A DNA stretch of 64,000 bases, from assembly GCF_009914755.1 (NCBI RefSeq), contig NC_060926.1; one strand, written 5' to 3'. The translations under genes were made by a program, and so were the position numbers. The DNA comes from the human T2T-CHM13v2.0 reference genome, Homo sapiens. Positions 42,328 to 56,430 of the stretch are shown here, one piece after another. The stretch's first letter is position 1. The number at the start of each line of letters is the position of its first letter. The notes beneath the pieces are model-generated. The model was not told where the DNA came from. It worked only from the letters and a program-made list of their open reading frames with translations, and ran no database searches.

Positions 42328-43348
42328 TTTCGTTGGAAACGGGATTACATATAAAAAGCAGACAGCAGCATTCCCAGAAACTTCTTTGTGATGTTTGCAT
42401 TCAAGTCACACAGTTGAACATTCCCTTTCATAGAGCAGGTTTGAAACACTCTTTTTGTAGTATCTGGATGTGGACATTTGGAGCGCTTTCAGCCCTATGG
42501 TGAAAAAGGAAATATCTTCTCCTGAAAACTAGACAGAAGCATTCTCAGAATCTTATTTGTGATGTGCGCCCTCAACTAACAGTGTTGAAGCTTTCTTTTG
42601 ATAGAGCAGTTTTGAAACACTCTTTTCGTGAAATCTGCAAGAGGATATTTTGATAGCTTTGAGGATTTCGTTGGAAACGGGATTGTCTTCATATAAACTC
42701 TAGACAGAAGCATTCTCAGAAGCTTCATTGGGATGTTTCAATTGAAGTCACAGTGTTGAACAGTCCCTTTGATAGAGCAGGTTTGAAACACTCTTTTTGT
42801 AGTATCTGGATGTGGACATTTGCAGCGCTTTCAGGCATAAGGTGAAAAAGGAAATATCTTCCCCTGAAAACTAGACAGAAGCATTCTCAGAAACTTATTT
42901 GTGATGTGCGCCCTCAACTAACAGTGTTGAAGCTTTCTTTTGATAGAGCAGTTTTGAAACACTCTTTTTGTAATATCTGCAAGAGGATATTTGGATAGCT
43001 TTGAGGATTTCGTTGGAAACGGGATTGTCTTCATATAAACTCTAGACAGAAGCATTCCCAGAAGCTTCATTGGGATGTTTCAATTGAAGTCACAGTGTTG
43101 AACAGTCCCTTTCATAGAGCAGGTTTGAAACACTCTTTTTGTAGTATCTGGAAGTGGACATTTGGAACGCTCTCAGGACTGCGTTGAAAAAGGAAATATC
43201 TTCCAATAAAAGCTAGATAGAAGCAATGTCAGAAACTTTTTCATGATGTATCTACTCAGCTAACAGAGTTGAACCTTCATTTGAGAGAGCAGTTTTGAAA
43301 CACTCGTTTTGTGGAATCTGCAAGTGGATATTTGTCTAGCTTTGAGGA
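42328..43348 (+). repeat. 6-mer HOR variant (1021 bp)
   Basis: Anchors 42288 to 43309; same GCAGCGC...GGCATAAGG markers as 17189-18209. Confidence 0.9.
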
Positions 43349-46300
43349 TTTCGTTGGAAACGGGATTACATATAAAAAGCAGACAGCAGCATTCCCAGAA
43401 ACTTCTTTGTGATGTTTGCATTCAAGTCACAGAGTTGAACATTCCCTTTCATAGAGCAGGTTTGAAACACTCTTTTTGTAGTATCTGGATGTGGACATTT
43501 GCAGCGCTTTCAGGCATAAGGTGAAAAAGGAAATATCTTCCCCTGAAAACTAGACAGAAGCATTCTCAGAAACTTATTTGTGATGTGCGCCCTCAACTAA
43601 CAGTGTTGAACCTTTCTTTTGATAGAGCAGTTTAGAAACACTCTTTTTGTAATATCTGCAAGAGGATATTTGGATAGCTTTGAGGATTTCTTTGGAAACG
43701 GGATTGTCTTCATATAAACTCTAGACAGAAGCATTCTCAGAAGCTTCATTGGGATGTTTCAATTGAAGTCACAGTGTTGAACAGTCCCTTTCATAGAGCA
43801 GGTTTGAAACACTCTTTTTGTAGTATCTGGAAGTGGACTTTTGGAGAGATCTCAGGAATACGGTGATAAAGGAAATATCTTCCAATAAAAGCTACATAGA
43901 AGCAATGTCAGAAACTTTTTCATGATGTATCTACTCAGCTAACAGAGTTGAACCTTTCTTTTGAGAGAGCAGTTTTGAAACACTCTTTTTGTGGAATCTG
44001 CAAGTGGATATTTGTCTAGCTTTGAGGATTTCGTTGGAAACGGGATTACATATAAAAAGCAGACAGCAGCATTACCAGTAACTTCTTTGTGGTGTTTGCA
44101 TTCAAGTCACAGAGTTGAACATTCCCTTTCATAGAGCAGGTTTGAAACACTCTTTTTGTAGTATCTGGATGTGGACATTTGGAGCGCTTTCAGGCCTATG
44201 GTGAAAAAGGAAATATCTTCCCCTGAAAACTAGACAGAAGCATTCTCAGAATCTTATTTGTGATGTGCGCCCTCAACTAACAGTGTTGAAGCTTTCTTTT
44301 GATAGAGCAGTTTTGAAACACTCTTTTTGTAAAATCTGCAAGAGGATATTTGGATAGCTTTGAGGATTTCGTTGGAAACGGGATTGTCTTCATATAAACT
44401 CCAGACAGAAGCATTCTCAGAAGCTTCATTGGGATGTTTCAGTTGAAGTCACAGTGTTGAACAGTCCCTTTCATAGAGCAGGTTTGAAACACTCTTTTTG
44501 TAGTATCTGGAAGTGGACATTTGGAGCGCTCTCAGGACTGCGGTGAAAAAGGAAATATCTTCCAATAAAAGCTAGATAGAAGCAATGTCAGAAACTTTTT
44601 CATGATGTATCTACTCAGCTAACAGAGTTGAACATTCCTTTGAGAGAGCAGTTTTGAAACACTCTTTTTGTGGAATCTGCAAGTGGATATTTGTCTAGCT
44701 TTGAGGATTTCGTTGGAAACGGGATTACATATAAAAAGCAGACAGCAGCATTCCCAGAAACTTCTTTGTGATATTTGCATTCAAGTCACAGAGTTGAACA
44801 TTCCCTTTCATAGAGCAGGTTTGAAACACTCTTTTTGTAGTATCTGGATGTGGACATTTGGAGCGCTTTCAGGCCTATGGTGAAAACGGAAATATCTTCC
44901 CCTGAAAACTAGACAGAAGCATTCTCAGAATCTTATTTGTGATGTGCGCCCTCAACTAACAGTGTTGAAGCTTTCTTTTGATAGAGCAGTTTTGAAACAC
45001 TCTTTTTGTAAAATCTGCAAGAGGATATTTGGATAGCTTTGAGGATTTCGTTGGAAACGGGATTGTCTTCATATAAACTCTAGACAGAAGCATTCTCAGA
45101 AGCTTCATTGGGATGTTTCAATTGAAGTCACAGTGTTGAACAGTCCCTTTCATAGAGCAGGTTTGAAACACTCTTTTTGTAGTATCTGGATGTGGACATT
45201 TCGAGCGCTTTCAGGCCTATGGTGAAAAAGGAAATATCTTCCCCTGAAAACTAGACAGAAGCATTCTCAGAAACTTATTTGTGATGTGCGCCCTCAACTA
45301 ACAGTGTTGAAGCTTTCTCTTGATAGAGCAGTTTTGAAACACTCTTTTTGTGGAATCTGCACGTGGATATTTGTCTAGCTTTGAGGATTTCGTTGGAAAC
45401 GGGATTACATATAAAAAGCAGACAGCAGCATTCCCAGAATCTTCTTTGTGATGTTTGCATTCAAGTCACAGAGTTGAACATTCCCTTTCATAGAGCAGGT
45501 TTGAAACACTCTTTTTATAGTATCTGGATGTGGACATTTGGAGCGCTTTCAGGCCTATGGTGAAAAAGGAAATATATTCTCCTGAAAACTAGACAGAAGC
45601 ATTCTCAGAATCTTATTTGTGATGTGCGCCCTCAACTAACAGTGTTGAAGCTTTCTTTTGATAGAGCAGTTTTGAAACACTCTTTTTGTAAAATCTGCAA
45701 GAGGATATTTGGATAGCTTTGAGGATTTCGTTGGAAACGGGATTGTCTTCATATAAACTCTAGACAGAAGCATTCTCAGAAGCTTCATTGGGATGTTTCA
45801 ATTGAAGTCACAGTGTTGAACAGTCCCTTTCATAGAGCAGGTTTGAAACACTCTTTTTGTAGTATCTGGAAGTGGACATTTGGAGCGCTCTCAGGACTAC
45901 GGTGAAAAAGGAAGTATCTTCCAATAAAAGCTAGATAGAAGCAATGTCAGAAACTTTTTCATGATGTATCTACTCAGCAAACAGAGTTGAACCTTTCTTT
46001 TGAGAGAGCAGTTTTGAAACACTCTTTTTGTGGAATCTGCAAGTGGATATTTGTCTAGCTTTGAGGATTTCGTTGGAAACGGGATTACATATAAAAAGCA
46101 GACAGCAGCATTCCCAGAAACTTCTTTGTGATGTTTGCATTCAAGTCACACAGTTGAACATTCCCTTTCATAGAGCAGGTTTGAAACACTCTTTTTGTAG
46201 TATCTGTATGTGGACATTTGGAGCGCTTTCAGGTCTATGGTGAAAAAGGAAATATCTTCCCCTGAAAACTAGACAGAAGCATTCTCAGAAACTTATTTGT

Positions 46301-49300
46301 GATGTGCGCCCTCAACTAACACTGTTGAACCTTTCTTTTGATAGAGCAGTTTTGAAACACTCTTTTTGTAATATCTGCAAGAGGATATTTGGATAGCTTT
46401 GAGGATTTCGTTGGAAACGGGATTGTCTTCATATAAACTCTAGACAGAAGCATTCTCAGAAGCTTCATTGGGATGTTTCAATTGAAGTCACAGTGTTGAA
46501 CAGTCCCTTTCATAGAGCAGGTTTGAAACACTCTTTTTGTAGTATCTGGAAGTGGACATTTGGAGAGATCTCAGGAATACGGTGATAAAGGAAATATCTT
46601 CCAATAAAAGCTAGATAGAAGCAATGTCAGAAACTTTTTCATGACGTATCTACTCAGCTAACAGAGTTGAACCTTTCTTTTGAGAGAGCAGTTTTGAAAC
46701 ACTCTTTTTGTGGAATCTGCAAGTGGATATTTGTCTAGCTTTGAGGATTTCGTTTGAAACGGGATTACATATAAAAAGCAGACAGCAGCATTCCCAGAAA
46801 CTTCTTTGTGAAGTTTGCATTGAAGTCACAGAGTTGAACATTCCCTTTCATAGAGCAGGTTTGAAACACTCTTTTTGTAGTATCTGTATGTGGACATTTG
46901 GAGCGCTTTCAGGCCTATGGTGAAAAAGGAAATATCTTCCCCTGAAAACTAGACAGAAGCATTCTCAGAAACTTATTTGTGATGTGCGCCCTCAACTAAC
47001 AGTGTTGAAGCTTTCTTTTGATAGAGCAGTTTTGAAACACTCTTTTTGTAATATCTGAAAGAGGATATTTGGATAGCTTTGAGGATTTCGTTGGAAACGG
47101 GATTGTCTTCATATAAACTCTAGACAGAAGCATTCTCAGAAGCTTCATTGGGATGTTTCAATTGAAGTCACAGTGTTGAACAGTCCCTTTCATAGAGCAG
47201 GTTTGAAACACTCTTTTTGTAGTATCTGGAAGTGGACATTTGGAGCGCTCTCAGGACTACGGTGATAAAGGAAATATCTTCCAATAAAAGCTAGATAGAA
47301 GCAATGTCAGAAACTTTTTCATGATGTATCTACTCAGCTAACAGAGTTGAACCTTTCTTTTGAGAGAGCAGTTTTGAAACACTCTTTTTGTGGAATCTGC
47401 AAGTGGATATTTGTCTAGCTTTGAGGATTTCGTTGGAAACGGGATTACATATAAAAACCAGACAGCAGCATTCCCAGAATCTTCTTTGTGATGTTTGCAT
47501 TCAAGTCACAGAGTTGAACATTCCCTTTCATAGAGCAGGTTTGAAACACTCTTTTTGTAGTATCTGGATGTGGACATTTGGAGCGCTTTCAGGCCTATGG
47601 TGAAAAAGGAAATATCTTCCCCTGAAAACTAGACAGAAGCATTCTCAGAATCTTATTTGTGATGTGCGCCCTCAACTAACAGTGTTGAAGCTTTCTTTTG
47701 ATAGAGCAGTTTTGAAACACTCTTTTTGTAAAATCTGCAAGAGGATATTTGGATAGCTTTGAGGATTTCGTTGGAAACGGGATTGTCTTCATATAAACTC
47801 CAGACAGAAGCATTCTCAGAAGCTTCATTGGGATGTTTCAGTTGAAGTCACAGTGTTGAACAGTCCCTTTCATAGAGCAGGTTTGAAACACTCTTTTTGT
47901 AGTATCTGGAAGTGGACATTTGGAGCGCTCTCAGGACTGCGGTGAAAAAGGAAATATCTTCCAATAAAAGCTAGATAGAAGCAATGTCAGAAACTTTTTC
48001 ATGATGTATCTACTCAGCTAACAGAGTTGAACCTTCCTTTGAGAGAGCAGTTTTGAAACACTCTTTTTGTGGAATCTGCAAGTGGATATTTGTCTAGCTT
48101 TGAGGATTGCGTTGGAAACGGGATTACATATAAAAAGCAGACAGCAGCATTCCCAGAAACTTCTTTGTGATGTTTGCATTCAAGTCACAGAGTTGAACAT
48201 TCCCTTTCATAGAGCAGGTTTGAAACACTCTTTTTGTAGTATCTGGATGTGGACATTTGGAGCGCTTTCAGGCCTATGGTGAAAAAGGAAATATCTTCCC
48301 CTGAAAACTAGACAGAAGCATTCTCAGAATCTTATTTGTGATGTGCGCCCTCAACTAACAGTGTTGAAGCTTTCTTTTGATAGAGCAGTTTTGAAACACT
48401 CTTTTTGTAAAATCTGCAAGAGGATATTTGGATAGCTTTGAGGATTTCGTTGGAAACGGGATTGTCTTCATATAAACTCTAGACAGAAGCATTCTCAGAA
48501 GCTTCATTGGGATGTTTCAATTGAAGTCACAGTGTTGAACAGTCCCTTTCATAGAGCAGGTTTGAAACACTCTTTTTGTAGTATCTGGAAGTGGACATTT
48601 GGAGCGCTCTCAGGACTGCGGTTAAAAAGGAAATATCTTCCAATAAAAGCTACATAGAAGCAATGTCAGAAACTTTTTCATGATGTATCTACTCAGCTAA
48701 CAGAGTTGAACCTTCCTTTGAGAGAGCAGTTTTGAAACACTCTTTTTGTGGAATCTGCAAGTGGATATTTGTCTAGCTTTGAGGATTTCGTTGGAAACGG
48801 GATTACATATAAAAAGCAGACAGCAGCATTCCCAGAAACTTCTTTGTGATATTTGCATTCAAGTCACAGAGTTGAACATTCCCTTTCATAGAGCAGGTTT
48901 GAAACACTCTTTTTATAGTATCTGGATGTGGACATTTGGAGCGCTTTCAGGCCTATGGTGAAAAAGGAAATATATTCTCCTGAAAACTAGACAGAAGCAT
49001 TCTCAGAATCTTATTTGTGATGTGCGCCCTCAACTAACAGTGTTGAAGCTTTCTTTTGATAGAGCAGTTTTGAAACACTCTTTTTGTAAAATCTGCAAGA
49101 GGATATTTGGATAGCTTTGAGGATTTCGTTGGAAACGGGATTGTCTTCATATAAACTCTAGACAGAAGCATTCTCAGAAGCTTCATTGGGATGTTTCAAT
49201 TGAAGTCACAGTGTTGAACAGTCCCTTTCATAGAGCAGGTTTGAAACACTCTTTTTGTAGTATCTGGAAGTGGACATTTGGAGCGCTCTCAGGACTACGG

Positions 49301-52183
49301 TGAAAAAGGAAGTATCTTCCAATAAAAGCTAGATAGAAGCAATGTCAGAAACTTTTTCATGATGTATCTACTCAGCAAACAGAGTTGAACCTTTCTTTTG
49401 AGAGAGCAGTTTTGAAACACTCTTTTTGTGGAATCTGCAAGTGGATATTTGTCTAGCTTTGAGGATTTCGTTGGAAACGGGATTACATATAAAAAGCAGA
49501 CAGCAGCATTCCCAGAAACTTCTTTGTGATGTTTGCATTCAAGTCACACAGTTGAACATTCCCTTTCATAGAGCAGGTTTGAAACACTCTTTTTGTAGTA
49601 TCTGTATGTGGACATTTGGAGCGCTTTCAGGTCTATGGTGAAAAAGGAAATATCTTCCCCTGAAAACTAGACAGAAGCATTCTCAGAAACTTATTTGTGA
49701 TGTGCGCCCTCAACTAACACTGTTGAACCTTTCTTTTGATAGAGCAGTTTTGAAACACTCTTTTTGTAATATCTGCAAGAGGATATTTGGATAGCTTTGA
49801 GGATTTCGTTGGAAACGGGATTGTCTTCATATAAACTCTAGACAGAAGCATTCTCAGAAGCTTCATTGGGATGTTTCAATTGAAGTCACAGTGTTGAACA
49901 GTCCCTTTCATAGAGCAGGTTTGAAACACTCTTTTTGTAGTATCTGGAAGTGGACATTTGGAGAGATCTCAGGAATACGGTGATAAAGGAAATATCTTCC
50001 AATAAAAGCTAGATAGAAGCAATGTCAGAAACTTTTTCATGACGTATCTACTCAGCTAACAGAGTTGAACCTTTCTTTTGAGAGAGCAGTTTTGAAACAC
50101 TCTTTTTGTGGAATCTGCAAGTGGATATTTGTCTAGCTTTGAGGATTTCGTTTGAAACGGGATTACATATAAAAAGCAGACAGCAGCATTCCCAGAAACT
50201 TCTTTGTGAAGTTTGCATTGAAGTCACAGAGTTGAACATTCCCTTTCATAGAGCAGGTTTGAAACACTCTTTTTGTAGTATCTGTATGTGGACATTTGGA
50301 GCGCTTTCAGGCCTATGGTGAAAAAGGAAATATCTTCCCCTGAAAACTAGACAGAAGCATTCTCAGAAACTTATTTGTGATGTGCGCCCTCAACTAACAG
50401 TGTTGAAGCTTTCTTTTGATAGAGCAGTTTTGAAACACCCTTTTTGTAATATCTGCAAGAGGATATTTGGATAGCTTTGAGGATTTCGTTGGAAACGGGA
50501 TTGTCTTCATATAAACTCTAGACAGAAGCATTCTCAGAAGCTTCATTGGGATGTTTCAATTGAAGTCACAGTGTTGAACAGTCCCTTTCATAGAGCAGGT
50601 TTGAAACACTCTTTTTGTAGTATCTGGAAGTGGACATTTGGAGCGCTCTCAGGACTACGGTGATAAAGGAAATATCTTCCAATAAAAGCTAGATAGAAGC
50701 AATGTCAGAAACTTTTTCATGATGTATCTACTCAGCTAACAGAGTTGAACCTTTCTTTTGAGAGAGCAGTTTTGAAACACTCTTTTTGTGGAATCTGCAA
50801 GTGGATATTTGTCTAGCTTTGAGGATTTCGTTGGAAACGGGATTACATATAAAAACCAGACAGCAGCATTCCCAGAATCTTCTTTGTGATGTTTGCATTC
50901 AAGTCACAGAGTTGAACATTCCCTTTCATAGAGCAGGTTTGAAACACTCTTTTTGTAGTATCTGGATGTGGACACTTGGAGCGCTTTCAGGCCTATGGTG
51001 AAAAAGGAAATATCTTCCCCTGAAAACTAGACAGAAGCATTCTCAGAATCTTATTTGTGATGTGCGCCCTCAACTAACAGTGTTGAAGCTTTCTTTTGAT
51101 AGAGCAGTTTTGAAACACTCTTTTTGTAAAATCTGCAAGAGGATATTTGGATAGCTTTGAGGATTTCGTTGGAAACGGGATTGTCTTCATATAAACTCCA
51201 GACAGAAGCATTCTCAGAAGCTTCATTGGGATGTTTCAGTTGAAGTCACAGTGTTGAACAGTCCCTTTCATAGAGCAGGTTTGAAACACTCTTTTTGTAG
51301 TATCTGGAAGTGGACATTTGGAGCGCTCTCAGGACTGCGGTGAAAAAGGAAATATCTTCCAATAAAAGCTAGATAGAAGCAATGTCAGAAACTTTTTCAT
51401 GATGTATCTACTCAGCTAACAGAGTTGAACCTTCCTTTGAGAGAGCAGTTTTGAAACACTCTTTTTGTGGAATCTGCAAGTGGATATTTGTCTAGCTTTG
51501 AGGATTGCGTTGGAAACGGGATTACATATAAAAAGCAGACAGCAGCATTCCCAGAAACTTCTTTGTGATGTTTGCATTCAAGTCACACAGTTGAACATTC
51601 CCTTTCATAGAGCAGGTTTGAAACACTCTTTTTGTAGTATCTGGATGTGGACATTTGGAGCGCTTTCAGGCCTATGGTGAAAAAGGAAATATCTTCCCCT
51701 GAAAACTAGACAGAAGCATTCTCAGAATCTTATTTGTGATGTGCGCCCTCAACTAACAGTGTTGAAGCTTTCTTTTGATAGAGCAGTTTTGAAACACTCT
51801 TTTTGTAAAATCTGCAAGAGGATATTTGGATAGCTTTGAGGATTTCGTTGGAAACGGGATTGTCTTCATATAAACTCTAGTCAGAAGCATTCTCAGAAGC
51901 TTCATTGGGATGTTTCAATTGAAGTCACAGTGTTGAACAGTCCCTTTCATAGAGCAGGTTTGAAACACTCTTTTTGTAGTATCTGGAAGTGGACATTTGG
52001 AGCGCTCTCAGGACTGCGGGGAAAAAGGAAATATCTTCCAATAAAAGCTACATAGAAGCAATGTCAGAATCTTTTTCATGATGTGTCTACTCAGCTAACA
52101 GAGTTGAACCTTCCTTTGAGAGAGCAGTTTTGAAACACTCTTTTTGTGGAATCTGCAAGTGGATATTTGTCTAGCTTTGAGGA

Positions 52184-53372
52184 TTTCGTTGGAAACGGGA
52201 TTACATATAAAAAGCAGACAGCAGCATTCCCAGAAACTTCTTTGTGATGTTTGCATTCAAGTCACAGAGTTGAACATTCCCTTTCATAGAGCAGGTTTGA
52301 AACACTCTTTTTGTAGTATCTGGATGTGGACATTTGGAGCGCTTTCAGGCCTATGGTGAAAAAGGAAATATCTTCCCCTGAAAACTAGACAGAAGCATTC
52401 TCAGAATCTTATTTGTGATGTGCGCCCTCAACTAACAGTGTTGAAGCTTTCTTTTGATAGAGCAGTTTTGAAACACTCTTTTTGTAAAATCTGCAAGAGG
52501 ATATTTGGATAGCTTTGAGGATTTCGTTGGAAACGGGATTGTCTTCATATAAACTCTAGACAGAAGCATTCTCAGAAGCTTCATTGGGATGTTTCAATTG
52601 AAGTCACAGTGTTGAACAGTCCCTTTCATAGAGCAGGTTTGAAACACTCTTTTTGTAGTATCTGGATGTGGACATTTGGAGCGCTTTCAGGCCTATGGTG
52701 AAAAAGGAAATATCTTCCCCTGAAAACTAGACAGAAGCATTCTCAGAAACTTATTTGTGATGTGCGCCCTCAACTAACAGTGTTGAACCTTTCTTTTGAT
52801 AGAGCAGTTTTGAAACACTCTTTTTGTAATATCTGCAAGAGGATATTTGGATAGCTTTGAGGATTTCGTTGGAAACGGGATTACATATAAAAAGCAGACA
52901 GCAGCATTCCCAGAATCTTGTTTGTGATGTTTGCATTCAAGTCACAGAGTTGAACATTCCCTTTCAGAGAGCAGGTTTGAAACACTCTTTTTGTAAAATC
53001 TGCAAGAGGATATTTGGATAGCTTTGAGGATTTCGTTGGAAACGGGATTGTCTTCATATAAACTCTAGACAGAAGCATTCTCAGAAGCTTCATTGGGATG
53101 TTTCAATTGAAGTCACAGTGTTGAACAGTCCCTTTCATAGAGCAGGTTTGAAACACTCTTTTTGTAGTATCTGGATGTGGACATTTCGAGCGCTTTCAGG
53201 CCTATGGTGAAAAAGGAAATATCTTCCCCTGAAAACTAGACAGAAGCATTCTCAGAAACTTATTTGTGATGTGCGCCCTCAACTAACAGTGTTGAAGCTT
53301 TCTTTTGATAGAGCAGTTTTGAAACACTCTATTTGTGGAATCTGCACGTGGATATTTGTCTAGCTTTGAGGA
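52184..53372 (+). repeat. 7-mer HOR variant (1189 bp) with CENP-B boxes in adjacent monomers
   Basis: Boxes at 52184, 52522, 52864, 53031 and 53373 (spacings 338, 342, 167, 342). Confidence 0.92.
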
Positions 53373-55412
53373 TTTCGTTGGAAACGGGATTACATATAAA
53401 AAGCAGACAGCAGCATTCCCAGAATCTTCTTTGTGATGTTTGCATTCAAGTCACAGAGTTGAACATTCCCTTTCATAGAGCAGGTTTGAAACACTCTTTT
53501 TATAGTATCTGGATGTGGACATTTGGAGCGCTTTCAGGCCTATGGTGAAAAAGGAAATATATTCTCCTGAAAACTAGACAGAAGCATTCTCAGAATCTTA
53601 TTTGTGATGTGCGCCCTCAACTAACAGTGTTGAAGCTTTCTTTTGATAGAGCAGTTTTGAAACACTCTTTTTGTAAAATCTGCAAGAGGATATTTGGATA
53701 GCTTTGAGGATTTCGTTGGAAACGGGATTGTCTTCATATAAACTCTAGACAGAAGCATTCTCAGAAGCTTCATTGGGATGTTTCAATTGAAGTCACAGTG
53801 TTGAACAGTCCCTTTCATAGAGCAGGTTTGAAACACTCTTTTTGTAGTATCTGGAAGTGGACATTTGGAGCGCTCTCAGGACTACGGTGAAAAAGGAAGT
53901 ATCTTCCAATAAAAGCTAGATAGAAGCAATGTCAGAAACTTTTTCATGATGTATCTACTCAGCAAACAGAGTTGAACCTTTCTTTTCAGAGAGCAGTTTT
54001 GAAACACTCTTTTTGTGGAATCTGCAAGTGGATATTTGTCTAGCTTTGAGGATTTCGTTGGAAACGGGATTACATATAAAAAGCAGACAGCAGCATTCCC
54101 AGAAACTTCTTTGTGATATTTGCATTCAAGTCACAGAGTTGAACATTCCCTTTCATAGAGCAGGTTTGAAACACTCTTTTTGTAGTATCTGGATGTGGAC
54201 ATTTGGAGCGCTTTCAGGCCTATGGTGAAAACGGAAATATCTTCCCCTGAAAACTAGACAGAAGCATTCTCAGAATCTTATTTGTGATGTGCGCCCTCAA
54301 CTAACAGTGTTGAAGCTTTCTTTTGATAGAGCAGTTTTGAAACACTCTTTTTGTAAAATCTGCAGGAGGATATTTGGATAGCTTTGAGGATTTCGTTGGA
54401 AACGGGATTGTCTTCATATAAACTCTAGACAGAAGCATTCTCAGAAGCTTCATTGGGATGATTCAGTTGAAGTCACAGTGTTGAACAGTCCCTTTCATAG
54501 AGCAGGTTTGAAACACTCTTTTTGTAGTATCTGGAAGTGGACATTTGGAGTGCTCTCAGGACTGCGGTGAAAAAGGAAGTATCTTCCAATAAAAGCTACA
54601 TAGAAGCAATGTCAGAAACTTTTTCGTGAAGTATCTACTAAGCTAACAGAGTTGAACCTTTCCTTTGAGAGAGCAGTTTTGAAACACTCTTTTTGTGGAA
54701 TCTGCAAGTGGATATTTGTCTAGCTTTGAGGATTTCGTTGGAAACGGGAATACATATAAAAAGCAGACAGCAGCATTCCCAGTAACTTCTTTCTGATGTT
54801 TGCATTCAAGTCACAGAGTTGAACATTCCCTTTCATAGAGTAGGTTTGAAACACTCTTTTTGTAGTATCTGGATGTGGACATTTGGAGCGCTTTCAGGCC
54901 TATGGTGAAAAAGGAAATATCTTCCCCTGAAAACTAGACAGAAGCATTCTCAGAAACTTATTTGTGATGTGCGCCCTCAACTAACAGTGTTGAAGCTTTC
55001 TTTTGATAGAGCAGTTTTGAAACACTCTTTTTGTAATATCTGCAAGAGGATATTTGGATAGCTTTGAGGATTTCGTTGGAAACGGGATTGTCTTCATATA
55101 AACTCTAGACAGAAGCATTCCCAGAAGCTTCATTGGGATGTTTCAATTGAAGTCACAGTGTTGAACAGTTCCTTTCATAGAACAGGTTTGAAACACTCTT
55201 TTTGTAGTATCTGGAAGTGGACATTTGGAGTGCTCTCAGGACTGTGGTGAAAAAGGAAATATCTTCCAATAAAAGCTACATAGAAGCAATGTCAGAAACT
55301 TTTTCATGATGTATCTACTCAGCTAACAGAGTTGAACCTTTCCTTTGAGAGAGCAGTTTTCAAACACTCTTTTTGTGGAATCTGCAAGTGGATATTTGTC
55401 TAGCTTTGAGGA

Positions 55413-56430
55413 TTTCGTTGGAAACGGGAATACATATAAAAAGCAGACAGCAGCATTCCCAGTAACTTCTTTCTGATGTTTGCATTCAAGTCACAGAGTT
55501 GAACATTCCCTTTCATAGAGCAGGTTTGAAACACTCTTTTTGTAGTATCTGGATGTGGACATTTGGAGCGCTTTCAGGCCTATGGTGAAAAAGGAAATAT
55601 CTTCCCCTGAAAACTAGACAGAAGCATTCTCAGAAACTTATTTGTGATGTGCGCCCTCAACTAACAGTGTTGAACCTTTCTTTTGATAGAGCAGTTTTGA
55701 AACACTCTTTTTGTAATATCTGCAAGAGGATATTTGGATAGCTTTGAGGATTTCGTTGGAAACGGGATTACATATAAAAAGCAGACAGCAGCATTCCCAG
55801 AATCTTGTTTGTGATGTTTGCATTCAAGTCACAGAGTTGAACATTCCCTTTCAGAGAGCAGGTTTGAAACACTCTTTTTATAGTATCTGGATGGGGACAT
55901 TTGGAGCGCTTTCAGGCCTATGGTGAAAAAGGAAATATCTTCTCCTGTAAACTAGACAGAAGCATTCTCAGAATCTTATTTGTGATGTGCGCCCTCAACT
56001 AACAGTGTTGAAGCTTTCTTTTGATAGAGCAGTTTTGAAACACTCTTTTCGTAAAATCTGCAAGAGGATATTTTGATAGCTTTGAGGATTTCGTTGGAAA
56101 CGGGATTGTCTTCATATAAACTCTAGACAGAAGCATTCTCAGAAGCTTCATTGGGATGTTTCAATTGAAGTCACAGTGTTGAACAGTACCTTTCATAGAG
56201 CAGGTTTGAAACACTCTTTTTGTAGTATCTGGAAGTGGACATTTGGAGAGATCTCAGGAATACGGTGATAAAGGAAATATCTTCCAATAAAAGCTACATA
56301 GAAGCAATGTCAGAAACTTTTTCATGATGTATCTACTCAGCTAACAGAGTTGAACCTTTCTTTTGAGAGAGCAGTTTTGAAACACTCTTTTTGTGGAATC
56401 TGGAAGTGGATATTTGTCTAGCTTTGAGGA
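55413..56430 (+). repeat. 6-mer HOR variant (1018 bp) lacking the TTAATTAT marker
   Basis: Boxes 55413, 55751, ~56089 and 56431. Junction TTTGGATAGC-[box]-TTACATAT, with AATCTTGTTTG and TTTCAGAGAG markers. Confidence 0.88.
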
